From contig OX597820.1 of NCBI GenBank assembly GCA_951406725.2, forward strand, positions 104,532,001 through 104,596,000: a stretch of 64,000 bases of DNA, read 5' to 3'. The stretch is from Octopus vulgaris (lineage: Eukaryota). A model generated the notes under the pieces. That model did no database searches. It was not told the origin of the DNA and worked only from the letters and a program-made list of their open reading frames with translations. A program made the translations under genes and the position numbers. The first letter of the stretch is position 1. Each line of letters starts with the position of its first letter. Below, piece after piece: positions 13,499 through 26,692 of the stretch.

Positions 13499-14969
13499 TA
13501 ACAACAAACAAGATGGGGACAAATGTCCATCAATTGTAAATAATGTACATAATTCCTCATCTCTTAAATATAGAACTGTATTAAATTTGTCAAGATCTTT
13601 AAGTATCACCAGTATGAATTTTCTAAATCATCAATAGGGGTTCTTTTTTATGGCACCACCAATAGTGAGGTCACCATGTTATTCTCAAGATTAAAATGCT
13701 TCCTCAACTGAGTGGAGATGTATATATATAGAGAGAGAGTGGAGCGAGAGAGAGGTAGTATTATGGTACATATTTAATAGAGGATCAGGTACTGGTTTCT
13801 TGTTGCACAGGCGATACATGGGTACCTTGCATTATATAAGGGTGAGTAGGAGTAATAGGGTTGAAGCTGGAAAGAGAAATAATGATAGTGATAAGGTGTC
13901 AGAGCACACCCCCAAGGTTCATAAGGAATTTTTTTTTTAGTTTTAAATTATATTTTTAAAAAAATCTCTAAGGCACCTTGATATCCATTGCTCTACCGCC
14001 TACGTACTCTGGCACACATCTTGACAACTATTGGCTTACAGTTGCCTTCAGTCTGGTTATATATCCTGTTTCAAATCCTGTCTAGACTTTCTTTACTTTC
14101 TTGTTATTTTCTTTACTTTTTTTTTTGTTGTTTTTAGTAAGTCATGGCAGTAACTGGATAAAATAAGTACTAGTGATATTCAATTTGACTTCAATTTTCA
14201 TTATCACTGAGTCATCCTTAAAAAATACCAGTAATACACTATACAATTCAATGAAAAACATCCCTCCTCTGCAAAGATTATCTTTGAGACCAGCCAAAAG
14301 AAATCTATATTGTTTTCATACCAATCTTTGAATGTCTTTTACAGAATCAAATTTTAATAATCTATTAGATGCATCTGCCCCCTCCTTTTTACAGTCACTA
14401 CCCTACTTTTTCCAAACTAGAGAATTCCAGTGGAGATATTAAGCAAAGTGCTTAAGTGTGGAATCAGGAAAGTGAGACACAAAAGTGGGTGATGAAAAGA
14501 GTGTCAGATAAATTTGGTGGATCTGAATGGAGAAAATATTCAGTTACTTGTTCAGACGTGCAGGGGTTCTTATAGTAGTATTAAAATAAGTAGAGAGAAA
14601 AGATTGGGAGAAACACCGCACCTGTGAGTGAAGGTGAGGTTATCAGTCAAATGGGATTTATCTAAATGTGTGTATAACATTGTTCGGATCTTTTCGGTTT
14701 GAACGGCAGTTTTTAACATAATTTCTAGGTAACTAAAAAATTTTAAACTTCATATACTGGTAAAATGTGTTTATAAAACATCTTTTTCTCTTGGCTTTAT
14801 TGACAAAATTCCATGCTGCATCTCAGAATGCAACACGGAATATTGTCAGTGAACAGGTCGCAGTCTCAAAGCGATGAAAATATTTTGACAAATTAAATTT
14901 AAATGTTGAAGTGAATCTAATGGATTTTGTGTCTTTCTTAAATGGCTTATAAAAACCTTCCACGCTGCA

Positions 14970-15012
<43 letters not shown>

Positions 15013-15960
15013 TTGTCTCCCACCACCACTTTACAACCAGTGCTGGTGTATTTATGTCCCTGTAACTCAGCAGTTTGGCAAAAAAGATTGATAGAATAAG
15101 TACCAGGTTTTAAAAAACAATTACTGTGGTGTGCTACATTTGATTAAAAATTCTTTGTGGCAGTGCTCCAGTATGGCTGCAGTCTGACTGAAAGATAAAA
15201 GATAAAAAAATAAATCCAATTAGGTGTTTATGTGAATTCAGAACTGTTCATATTTGTCCAAACCCACTGACAAATACAAAGGACTAATATATATTCATAT
15301 AAAGTAAACAGTTTTTTTTAAAGTTACCTCTGCAGATATTCCATAGAAATTAGAGCCAGCACTGATTTGTTACGTTTCATAGGTAAATATACCTGTGTAA
15401 CCAAAGCAATTGAAGAAAAATAGATAATAGGTGTAGTAGGTATATATGCATATTTCAAGAGTTCTTGCTCCTTCTTCAGTACCACAGCCAACCTATTAAT
15501 CATCCACAAACACATTGCTTAAATAGTCACTAAATATAGCGGTGTAACATAATTGGATTTACCAATTTTACACAATAAACACATTCCTGGCAATTAAAAG
15601 TAAACAGTTGGAGCTTGAGAATCTAGGAATAGTCTGCTTTCCTAATTAATGAATATAAATACTTCAAGAATGGAAATAATTAAAATCCAATTTATTCTAC
15701 TTTAGAACTGTTTAACTTCATATCTTCTCTTTTACAACCGTAGCTGTTTTGTGGTTACATGTACTTAGTTCTGCCATATTTGGTAAAGGTGGATTCAATA
15801 TTGCTTTTTATATATATGTATGTATGTATGCATGTGTGTGTGATACTTGGGCACTTGTGCTTTCCGTATTCTTGCAGAATATTGGAAATAAGTAACACTG
15901 TGTAACAGCAACACTCATTTACACTATTATGCAATAAGGGGATGCACACATGCACACACA

Positions 15961-16002
<42 letters not shown>

Positions 16003-16262
16003 CATGGTGGGCTTCTTTCATTTTCCATCTACCAAATCTGCTCACAAGGCTTTGGTTGGCCCAGGGTTATTATAGAGATCACTTGCCCAAAGTATCATGC
16101 AGTAGGACTGAAATTGAAACCACGATGTTTGCTTCCCAACCACAACTTCTTACCAAATAGTCACACCTATACCTTATTGATTACAGTCCAAAACAATACA
16201 TGTCATTTAGCTATACACCTCTCCTACAAATACATGACTTTGTATACCACTATACCTTTGGT

Positions 16263-16470
16263 GGTGTTGTTTAGCCCTAGGCCAACCCTGATCAAGCAGG
16301 TTTATGATCTAAAGTATTCAAGACATGTCCATTCCATTTCTCTAGAGATAATTTATCTTTGGTTACATTATCTAATATATCCTTTTTTATTTGAATTTAT
16401 TTCTTATGATGCTTGTATGTCATCTAAGATAGATTTGACTGCTATTTCTAGCAACTTGAGTGAGCAGGAA
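16263..16470 (-). repeat. Old dispersed repeat (SINE-like), many decayed copies (e.g. 24510-24690, 30145-30330, 40490-40765, 54810-54980)
   Basis: Recurring ttgtttagccc.agg.ca.ccctgatcaagcag...gactacattatccaatgtgtc...tgctatttctagc. Confidence 0.6.
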
Positions 16471-17949
16471 GAGAATCCCATGTTGTTTTTCATCATTTTT
16501 CTTTCCTCTCATAGGAGAAATGAAAAGTGATATGGAAAACCCCAAAAGAACTGCAATATATTTCTTTACTACCCATAAGGGGCTAAACATAGAGGGGACA
16601 AACAAAGACAGACAAAGGGATTAAGTCGATTACATCGACCCCAGTGCGAAACTGGTACTTTATTTATCGACCCCAAAAGGATGAAAGGCAAAGTCAACCT
16701 CGGTGGAGTTTGAACTCAGAACGTAATAGCAGACGAAATATCGCTAAGCATTTCGCCTGGCGTGCTAACGATTCTGCCAGCTGACTGCCTTAAAAGAACT
16801 GCAATAGGCATAGGTCGTGTGGTAAGAAGCTTGCTTCCCAATCGTATTGTTCCAGGTTCAGTCCTGCTGCATGGTACCTTGGGCAAGTGTCTTCTACTAC
16901 AGCCTCGGGCCAACAAAAGATTTGGTTGATGGAAACTCAAAGAAGTCCATCGTGTATGTGTGAGGTGTGTATCTTCATGTCTGTCTCCCATAACTGCTTG
17001 ACAAGTGGTGTTGGTGTGTTTACATCCCCATAACATAGCAGTTCAGAAAAAAGAGACCAATTGAATAAGTATTAGGCTTAAAAGCAAAATAAGCCCTGGG
17101 GTCAGTTTGTTTAAGCAAAACTCTCAAGGTGCTGCTCCAGCATGGCTACAGTCAAATGACTGAAACCAGTAAAAGATAAAAGATATTTGTCTGATTCTGT
17201 TCTGTGCTTTTTAGCCCTACACATCTATTTTGAATTAATATTGCTTCCACCACTAATAACGAATTTTTAATAAACCTGTCAGCTATTTGCAATACCAGTG
17301 ATTTGTTATTCAGTTTTCTATATATCAGTAGAGGCTAAATTTTTCTATTTTTCTTTTTGTTTTTTCTTTTTCTAAAGCCAGCATTATGTGACCTATGAGA
17401 AAGTTGATTGGTATTTCTAGAATCCCGCATTGACTCAGTAGAGACTTTTCTATCATTTTTGCCTCTCATAAAAAAAAATAGAAACAAAACAAATATATAT
17501 ATATATATATAAACTTCAGTATAAAAAAAAATATCAAAACAAAAAAACCTTAACCTTTCAGTCGTTAAATATCCATTACTTTTCCTTTTCAAGTGTTTAA
17601 TTTAGTGATTTTCTCATAAATCATAGTCTCAATAAGTAAGTGCCTGTAGTGTATTCTAGAAGCCATAAAACTGATTGTTTTAGGTGCTTTCCGACTGCAT
17701 AAAGAGCTGCATTGAACTTATCTACAGTACAAAGCTTAATAGTTAAACTTCCTTTTTGACTCACTGCATTTCTGGTTCCTTTTTATTACACAGCTTTTAA
17801 TATATTTACTTCTATGTTTAATGTGTGTGGGTGTGAGTCACACTAACCCCAGGGCCTGCAGAGTTCAGTCCCACTGTGTGACACCTTAGGCAAGTTTCTT
17901 GGGACAACCAAAGACTTGCAAATGGTAACTGAAAAAAGCCCATCATATC

Positions 17950-17987
<38 letters not shown>

Positions 17988-18274
17988 TGCATGTGCTTGT
18001 GCACTTTCATTTTCTCCAGGTCAGTATTATATCTCCTTCGGTTGACTTTTTCCTTCAAGTCATTTCAACATTTTGAACCATTAATCCCAACACTTTTTTC
18101 TCTCTCTGTTTTTTTTTCTTTGTTTCTCAATTTTTTTGCTCATTCCTTTCTGTCAAAGAGCATAGGCTCGAAACGTCAAAAACTTTTCCATTTTCATGAG
18201 TATCAACCTAATATATCTTACTTATTGTTCCCTCACCTGTCATTGTCTTTTGTATAGTTGAACCATATATATGA

Positions 18275-18600
18275 AGGTACATGGCTCAGTGGTTAGAGTG
18301 TCGGACTCACAATCACGAGGTAGTTTGATTACCAGACTAGGCTGTGTTGTGTTCTTGAGCAAGACACTTTATTTCATGTAGCTCCAGTTCACTCATCTGT
18401 AGAAATGAGTTGCGACATCAGTGGGGCCAAGTTGTATTGGTCTTTCCTTTGGATAACATCAGTGGTGTGGAGAGGGGAAGCTGGTATGCATAGGTGACTG
18501 CTGGTTTTCCATAAGCAACCTTGCCCAGATTTGTGCCTCAGAAAGTAACTTTCTAGGTGCAATCCCATAGTCATTCATGACTGAAGGGGGCCTTTACCCT
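18275..18600 (+). mobile_element. tRNA-derived SINE, separate family
   Basis: Head tggctcagtggttagagtgtcggactcacaatc..., then gttcttgagcaagacactt; related minus-strand pieces at ~9215-9370 and ~50480-50670. Confidence 0.7.
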
Positions 18601-18660
18601 TTATATATATAAGATAAAAAACCAAGGCTGTATAGATATTAGAGTATTTATAAATAGAAA

Positions 18661-18712
18661 ATCTTACAGCTGTTTCTCGGATATTAATTAATAATATCCC
18701 TTCATCAGAGAC
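18661..18712 (-). ncRNA. Type I hammerhead ribozyme motif in a PLE 3' fragment (~18610-18900)
   Basis: Reverse complement reads gtct-CTGATGA-agggatatt(attaatt)aatatccga-GAAAC-agct-GTA-agat. Confidence 0.7.
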
Positions 18713-20379
18713 GGTGTGAGAGGAAAAGTTAAGTCATAGTTAGTTTATTACGCAAAAGATTCTTATATACAAACGCTGACATAGAACCAACGTTGAACCA
18801 TTTATTCACAATATTACTGAATCTGGAACTTAACTATGGTCTGTCTATAGCACTTATTCAGCATTACCTGACACCTTTGGGTCTCAATGACACCATTATC
18901 TCTTATATATATATATATATATATTATATACACACACACTTACACTCTAAATGTTTGTATCCCCTGCTTTCCTATCTGATCTTTGTATTTTATAGGTTTG
19001 ATTTTTTAAATTACTATTTACATAGGTGGGGACATTCAGTTTGCCAATTTACATTAAAATATGAATTGTTGCACAAGCTATTCTGATTTATGACTTTTTT
19101 AGTGTATTTTATCTATATTTTTTTTCTAAACAATAACTATTTACTTTGTAGAGAACATTTTTATCCGTGAAATGGGTGTGTCATCTTTTCTAGCTAAACA
19201 GTAAGAGTTGATGTCATTGTTTAACCTAGATCAACACTGATTGTGTAGGCTGATAAAAAACAAAAAACCATGAAGCCATAATCTCCTTTGTCCTTTTTGG
19301 CTTGTTAGAAGTAACTGGAAAATCTTCCTCAATTGTATCTTGTGTGTGTGTGTGTGTGTGTGTGTCTCTTTTACTTGTTTCAGTCATTTGACTGTGGCCA
19401 TGTTGGAGCACCACCTTTAGTCGAGCAAATCGACCCCAGGACTTATTCTTTGTAGGCCTAGTACTTATTCTATCAATCACTTTTGCCGAACCGCTAAGTT
19501 ACAGGAACGTAAACATGCCAGCAGCGGTTGTCAAGCGATGTTAGGGCGACAAACACAGACACACAAAGACACACACACACACATATATATACAACGGGCT
19601 TCTTTCAGTTTCTGTCTACTAAATCCACTCACAAGGCTTTGGTCAGCCCGAGGCTATAGTAGAAGACACTTGTCCAAGATGCCACGCAGTGTGACTGAAC
19701 CTGGAACCATATGGTTGGTAAGCAAGCTACTTACCACACAGCCACTCCTGTGCCTATGATTTATTAAAAGCTGTAACTTCAGGTGTTCTGATTTTCATGT
19801 TTCTGATCTTTGAATCTTTTATAACTTTTACTTTTTCCATTCATTAGACTGCAGCCATACTGGGGCACCACCTTGAAGGATCTTTATTTTTTTAAAAAAC
19901 TTATTGTAAGCCTGGTACTTATTCTATTGGACTCTTTTGCTGAACTGCTAAGTTATGGTGACATAAACACACCACCAATGGTTGTTGAGTGGTGGTAGGG
20001 GGACAAACACGGACACAAAGACACACACATACATCGTGCTTCTTTTTGACTTCTGTCTACCGAATCCACTCACAAGGCTTTGGTCAGCTTGAGGCTACAG
20101 TAGAAGACATTTGCACCTGGTGCCATGCAATGGGACTGAACCTACAGCCATGTGTTTGGGAAACAAGCTTCTTACCATGCAGCCATTCCTGTTTTTTTTT
20201 TCTTTCAATTCTTTCTTTTTCTTGCTTTGTATGTGCAAACATGTATACCCTCATATATAGATATAGCAAGTGTGTGTGTGTTTGCATGTGCTAAAGTTCC
20301 TAAAATGAATATGGATTTTTGAAAAGATTTATCTTAATTTACTATATGCATTGACACATGTTCATACATACACACACTA

Positions 20380-20960
20380 TTCTAAGTGTGTGTGTCCTTA
20401 GTATGCTACTTTATGGCACTGAGATGTGGAGCCTCTACTCCAGACAGGAACAGTGTCTCAATGTCTTCCGCCTTCATAATTTGAGACGCATCTTGGATAT
20501 TAAGTGGACTGACCACATCACTGACACCAAAATCCTCGACTGTGCCAAGATACCCACCAGCACCATCTACACTAGCTCAGTTATGAATATCGTATGCCGG
20601 ACAGAAGGATCCTAAAAGACCTTATCTATGGGGAATTGGCCACCGGCGCAAGAGCATGAAGTCACTTGATCTGGATGTCCTAAGATGAGAGGAGGTTGCA
20701 AATGATTGCCTACACTGGAAACAAACACTGCGAAAGAGGATGAAGCAAGTGGAAGAAAACAGGAACTCACCATCAAAGAAAAGCGCACTCGATGGAAGGA
20801 AGAACTAGTAGTGCCGGCAGAGAGCTCCTTCAAATGCACTCGCTGCATGTGTCACTGTGTGGGCTTGTATGGCCACAACAAACACTGTACCACCATCAGC
20901 AGCTGACACGATTTCTTTGGGTGCAGATCCATAGCCTCTTGAGACTGATGGATGCTTGCT
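20380..20960 (+). mobile_element. RTE/BovB-like LINE 3' fragment, decayed
   Basis: VLSMLLYGTEMWSLY...LRRILDIKWTDHITDTKIL, PKDLIYGEL, and a terminal C2H2-like FKCTRC...GLYGHNKHC. Confidence 0.82.
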
Positions 20961-21288
20961 ACTACTGTACACACACACACACTTATATCAATCACCTTGG
21001 TATAGTTCCCTGTTTTTTTTTTAATAATTAATTCACTAACTACTCTGCTCCACCTTGACACAGCAAATGCAATGTTAGCAGACATTTTAAATTATTTCTT
21101 ATGAAATCATTCAACAAGCTACATTGGATGTTTTCCATTGTACTGCTTTTTTCCTATTTTCTCTTTCCCCTCAACATGTGCATATATATATGTATATATA
21201 TATATGTATGTATGTATGTGTGTGTGTGTGTGTGTGTATATGTATGTATGCATGTATGTATGCATATGTATATATATATATGATTATG

Positions 21289-21325
<37 letters not shown>

Positions 21326-22202
21326 TCCTTGCAGGGTAATCTAAGATCGTCTATTAAAACTTAACTATTTGCTGCAACCTGATCCTACAGTTGCTGTTGT
21401 CGTAGACAGTGAATAGCAAATTCATTGAACAAACTGTCATCTACTTCGTTGTAATCTATAACTACTGTGTTCTCTTTGTCACCATTGTCTCCTGTTTGTT
21501 TACTGTGATGTCACCTTGGTGAATAACATACTTCACACCAATATACACGTGAGATTTTTACCTGCCTAATCAGGTTAGCTATTATGTTCTAGTTAGTTTT
21601 CTACCACCTCTTGACTATTTAAACAACACATAAAGGCTGAATCTTTCTCTATATGGTAGTAGGAGGTGGAATACAGCAATAATAAGGAAATGGAACTGAT
21701 TATTATTGCTTAAAAATGTCTTTTTATTAAGGTTCTTTGACCTTTTAATTGGCACAGGAGCAGACATGGCTGTGGGGTAAAAAGCTTGCTTCCCATCCAC
21801 ATGGTTCCAAGTTCAGTCCCACTGAGCAGCACCTTGAGCAAGTGTCTTCTATTATAGCCTCAAGCCAACCGAAGTCCTTTGAGTGAATTTGGCTGATAGA
21901 AACTGAAAAAAGCCCATCATACATACATTTCTATATATATATATATATTTTTACATACAAAATTTAAAGGACTGATCACTAAAAGTGGACGGTCAACATG
22001 CTAGATATAGACGTCAAATCGCTATTTTCCACGCTATTTTTTCGTGGAAAATAGCGATTTGACGTCTATATCTAGCATGTTGACCGTCACTTTTAGTGGT
22101 CAGTCCTTTAAATTTTGTATGTAAAAATATTTTAATCTTCGGATTTTTTTAATGTGCTAGGCCACTGGTTTTAATTGATTAATATCAATTTCTACCCAAA
22201 TT

Positions 22203-22245
<43 letters not shown>

Positions 22246-22907
22246 TATATAATACAAAAATGGGACAAGAACACAAAACATCTTGACAGTTAGGTGAAAC
22301 AAAAAAGGGACAACAAAATATCCAGACAGACGATACAAGGAAAACATTTAGTTTTCTATCCTCAGTCAAGTTCCAGATTATATTTGAAATTCCAGCTGGT
22401 TATACTTGAGATTGCTCCAATCTGGCCAGCCCCAAGGAAAAATAATCTAAGAGCATTACATTTCTTGGAAGAAAGCATTGAATGTATACAAAAACAATGT
22501 TGGGAAAAAAAACAGAGAAATGTTACAAAAATACAAATAACATAACAACAGGTGTCTTTCGACTAAGGATGAATTAAATTAAGCTGGCGTGTGTGGAAGT
22601 AAAGCCTTATGGCAGGGACATAAGATTTAACAAGCATAGGAAGGAATATAGATGTTGCACAGACAGTAGTCCAACCAAGAAAGAAAGGTCAGGCCTGGCC
22701 GAACACTGGTCACATGGGGAGAGAAGAGGTAGAGGTAGAGGGATAGAAGAATTTAGGAGGGGCGAGAGAAAAATGAAAGAGACACAGTGAAGTGAAAGAG
22801 GGAAAGTGAGCATGACGGGAAGGCCAGGAAATGTGAGAGAGGGGGAACGAAAGATTGAAGTGTGAAAGGGCTGATAGAGAGAAGGAAAGAATGAAAGAAT
22901 ACAAATG

Positions 22908-22990
<83 letters not shown>

Positions 22991-23720
22991 TTGTGTGTTT
23001 ATATATATATATATCTTTATGTGTGTCTTTGTGTCTGTTTGTCCCCTACCATCACTTCACAGCTGGTGTTGGTATGTTTACATCCTCATAACTTAGCAGT
23101 TTGGCAAGAGAGACGATAGAATAAGTATCAGGCTTAGAAAAATAAGTTCTGGAGTTGATTCATTTGACTAAAAAGCAGTTCTTCACAGTCTAATGACTGA
23201 AACAAGATAAAAGATATTTTTGTTGAAATACACTGCTTTTGTTTTAATTTTTAAAATCATGAAGAATTTAGGAAAATAACTGTAATTTTAAAGCTAGTAT
23301 TTGGAATATTAATAGGTCTAAATTTAGATCACTTTAAAACAGGTCACTTGGATTATAAGCCAAAGATGTTCTCAAACAGGTTGGTATTAAAAAGGTTAAC
23401 AGAGTGGAACTGTATATAATTGGTGGATTTAACCTCCAGTGAGGAATGAGGAACCTCCATTGTCACCGGAAAGTTCTATTGGGGTTAAAATCCAAATAGG
23501 AAGGTGGAAAATTATGATATTGTAAAACATTTAGTCTAGTATTTGTTTGTGGTTTTCAATAGCAACCATCTCTACCAAATAGAAAGGAACCAAGAGCATC
23601 ATGAACCTATCACTAATACTCTTATGAAAGGCAGGTTAGTATCAAAGGGGTTATTCACTGTGTCTGTTTTAAGATGATAGGTGTTAAATGAGGGAAATTT
23701 GATTGCTATTTTTAATATTA

Positions 23721-23950
23721 GGCGGCGAGCTGGCAGAAACGTTAGCACGCCGGGCGAAATGCGTAGCCGTATTTTGTCTGGCGTTACGTTCTGAGTTCAA
23801 ATTCCGCCGAGGTCAACTTTGCCTTTCATCCTTTCGGGGTCGATAGATTAAGTACCAGTTACGCACTGGGGTCGATGTAATCGACTTGATCCATTTGTCT
23901 GTCCTTGTTTGTCCCCTCTGTGTTTAGCCCCTTGTGGGTAGTAAAGAATA
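23721..23950 (+). mobile_element. SINE family C with Meta-domain-like core, representative (others ~3300-3520, 8165-8380, 16558-16790(-), 28810-29160(-), 43283-43515(-), several at 49110-50912(-), 53538-53740)
   Basis: Shared ggcggcgagctggcagaaacgttagc...gagttcaaattcc...gcctttcatcctttcggggtcgat.aattaagtaccag core. Confidence 0.88.
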
Positions 23951-25402
23951 ATATTTTTAATGTTAAGTGATTACATAATAGATAGATTTCCTTAATATTT
24001 TGTGAAAGTCCATTCATTGGAGTGTATTTGTAATTCAAACAGCCAAACTTTCTTAATGTAAAGGGAACAAATTTATGGGATACTTGGTCACAAGAGATTG
24101 TTGTCATTAAAGCAATGTTTAGAAACTACTCTTTATAAAGCAGCCAAGCATGTAGGAAGAAGGAAGCAGATTCAAGGACTATGCCGTTTGCTTTGTCTTC
24201 CTGTTTACATGCTTAAAGACAGGCTGGTATTATAGCTTGTAAGAAGTTCCCACGACAAATTCATTTGTTTAAAGTCTTTTGAAACCATAGTGTGATCTCA
24301 ATGTATTTAGTCAGAAACTATAAATATCTCATGTATAATGAAGCTGCCAGTAATTGTATTATTATTATTATTATGATAATGATGATGATGACTAATGTTT
24401 AATAATCCTTCAGGTTTATGTCAACTAGAAATGTATTATTCAACATGTATATTATTGTCTACTATTGTTTGGTTAGGATAGTGTAGCCCTCTTTGGCTTA
24501 CTATTGTCATCATTATTCAGTCCCAGATCAGCCTCCAGCAAGTAGACTTGTAACCAAAGGCATTCCAGCCATGGCCATTTTATATTTTTCTCAGATATAG
24601 TGCATCGATGACTATATTACCTAATGTGTTCTCATTTTCATAGGAGTGTACATTGTATGTAAAACTTGATTGCTATTTCTAGCAAAAAGGTTCATTCATT
24701 GAGCTCCAAGTCAGTTCTGATTAAGAATATCTATGGTTAAATATGTTTCAACCAAAGCCCACCTATCCTTTTTTGCTTCAGGCATAGTGTACTGAGGACT
24801 ATATTTTCCAATGTGTCTTCGTTTTTTCTAAAAAAAACAAGTGTAATTTCAAGGAGATTTGGCTGTTTTCTCTAGCAAGTTAAATATCCTTGTTGATACT
24901 CTCTAGTTGACTCCTGTTCAAATGACATATTGGACTCTAACAGTAACTTGTATGTGCTAGTCTGTCCTGTATCTATGCTGTGACCAACAATTTGTCTGAA
25001 AGCTGTCCACAGTTGGCAACCACCAGTGAAACTAAGTGGGAGGAGCAACCAACAGCAGGTGTATGCCAGCTGCCATAGGCCCAAAGATCATGTTTAACCT
25101 GTTATCACACCTTTAATTGCTTGTATTACCATTGAATTGCCATAGTGATCAGTTAGATTTCTGAGTTCATTCCATAGTATTCTTTTAGTCTTGTTTCAGT
25201 CATTTGACTGTGGCAATACTGGAGCCCCACCTTAAAGTGTTTTGGTCAAAGAAATCAACCACAGGACTTATTCTTTATAAGCCTAGTACTTATTCTATTG
25301 GTCTTTTTTTGCCAAACTACTAACTTACAAAGATATAAACACACCAACATCAGTTGTCAAGTGATAATGGGAGGGACAAACACAAAGACATAAATATATA
25401 TA

Positions 25403-26692
25403 TCAGGTCATCCCATAAGTTCTGTCCGAATTTTGAATAAAGAAAACAAGTGATCAGATGTTATATTTAATTGTAATTTAATCATCAATGTACTTTCCCT
25501 GCTTATCTACAACTCCCTTCCATTTATTTGCAAGCTTCTTAATCTCATCAATGTAAAACTCTTTTGGTTTCCAAGCGAAGAACTCTGAAATGTCAGTTTC
25601 AACCTCCTCCTGGCTTGCGAAAGTTATGTCCCCCAAATGAGTTTGTAAGCTACGAAACAAATGGTAGTCTGTAGGAACAAGGTCAGGTGAATAAGGTGGA
25701 TGGGGAATTTTTTCCCAACCAAGCTCTTCGATCTTGTGTGATGTGATCTTTGCAGGGTGGGATCACACATTGTCCTGATGAAACATCACTCCTTTTCAAT
25801 TCACTAAAGCAGGTCTTTTTTTTACTTCAAAGCTTGGTTCAAACGCTCTAATTGTTGACAGTAGACTTGAGCATTAATTGTTGCATTAGGTGGTAACAAT
25901 TCAAAGTAAATTACTCCTTTGCAATCCCACCAGATAGAGAGAAGAACCTTTTTTCCATGAAGTTCCCTTCTTGGTTGTGGTTGAGCTTTTTCTCTTTTAC
26001 CAAGCCACTGTTTATGACATTTAGCATTTCGATAGAAGATCCATTTTCTGTCACCGGTCAGAAGTCTATCCAAAAAGGGTGAAATGAGTTTGCGAGAATG
26101 GAGAGAAGAGCAGATGTCAACTCGGGATTTGCGGTTGATTTCGGACAATTCATGAGGCACCCATTTTCCAACTTTAGGTACCTTTCCAAGTTGTTGAAGA
26201 TGACAATGAACAGTTGTATGGTTTGAACTAAGCTTTATCGCCAATTCCTCGACTGATAATGCAGGATTTTCTTCAAGTAATACCTCAAGGAGCTTATCAT
26301 CAAACTCAACTGGACGTCCTGTTTAACCTTCATCTTCAAGGCTGAAATCTCCACTTTTGAATTTTGCAAGCCATCTTCTGCAAGTTCTTTCATTCAAGCA
26401 TTCTTTCCCATAAACTGAGTGTATGTTTCGAGTCGCTTCGGCTGCAGAGTTTCCTTTTCTGCACTCATAAAGCATTATATGCCTCAAATGCTTTTTAGAT
26501 ACTTCCATGTTAGAAAGGGTTTTAATCAAAGAAATTTTAATTCTGTTATTCTGTAAAATAATATTTAATTAGTTTAAATGTACACAAATGCATAAAAATG
26601 ATTTTTAATTCCATTAGACATTCTAAAATACTATTAAATTTCATTCAATTTAAAAAAAGGTAAAATTGGACAGAACTTATGGGATGACCTGA
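25403..26692 (-). mobile_element. Full-length mariner (Tc1/mariner, DD34D) DNA transposon, decayed
   Basis: 25 bp TIRs tcaggtcatcccataagttctgtcc / ggacagaacttatgggatgacctga, TA on both sides, 1290 bp long. Confidence 0.95.
25478..26508 (-). pseudogene. Mariner transposase pseudogene
   Basis: MEVSKKHLRHIMLYE...GDFSLED, WVPHEL, TGDRKW, HQDNV*...HPPYSPDLVPTDYHLF with 34 residues between D2 and D3; split across ORFs 26323-26529, 25822-26244 and 25478-25660. Confidence 0.92.

Larger units (their letters stand above)
11702..13580 (+). mobile_element. Penelope-like retroelement (PLE), 5'-truncated and decayed, with inverted pseudo-LTRs
   Basis: RT motifs in ORF 11990..12595 (LFTKVP, YRQEEGLAMGSPLSP, QYVDDTF, LAFLDVLI); GIY-YIG-type endonuclease in 12822..13200 (MYSIPCNCGRLYKG...RVEQH); 11702-11950 is the reverse complement of ~13295-13548. 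Confidence 0.92.

Noticed and set aside
22250-22905. Hammerhead in the 650 bp repeat (minus-strand CTGAGGA at ~22350)
   Set aside because: No stem II-GAAA-NUH arrangement could be built; left as an unclassified repeat.
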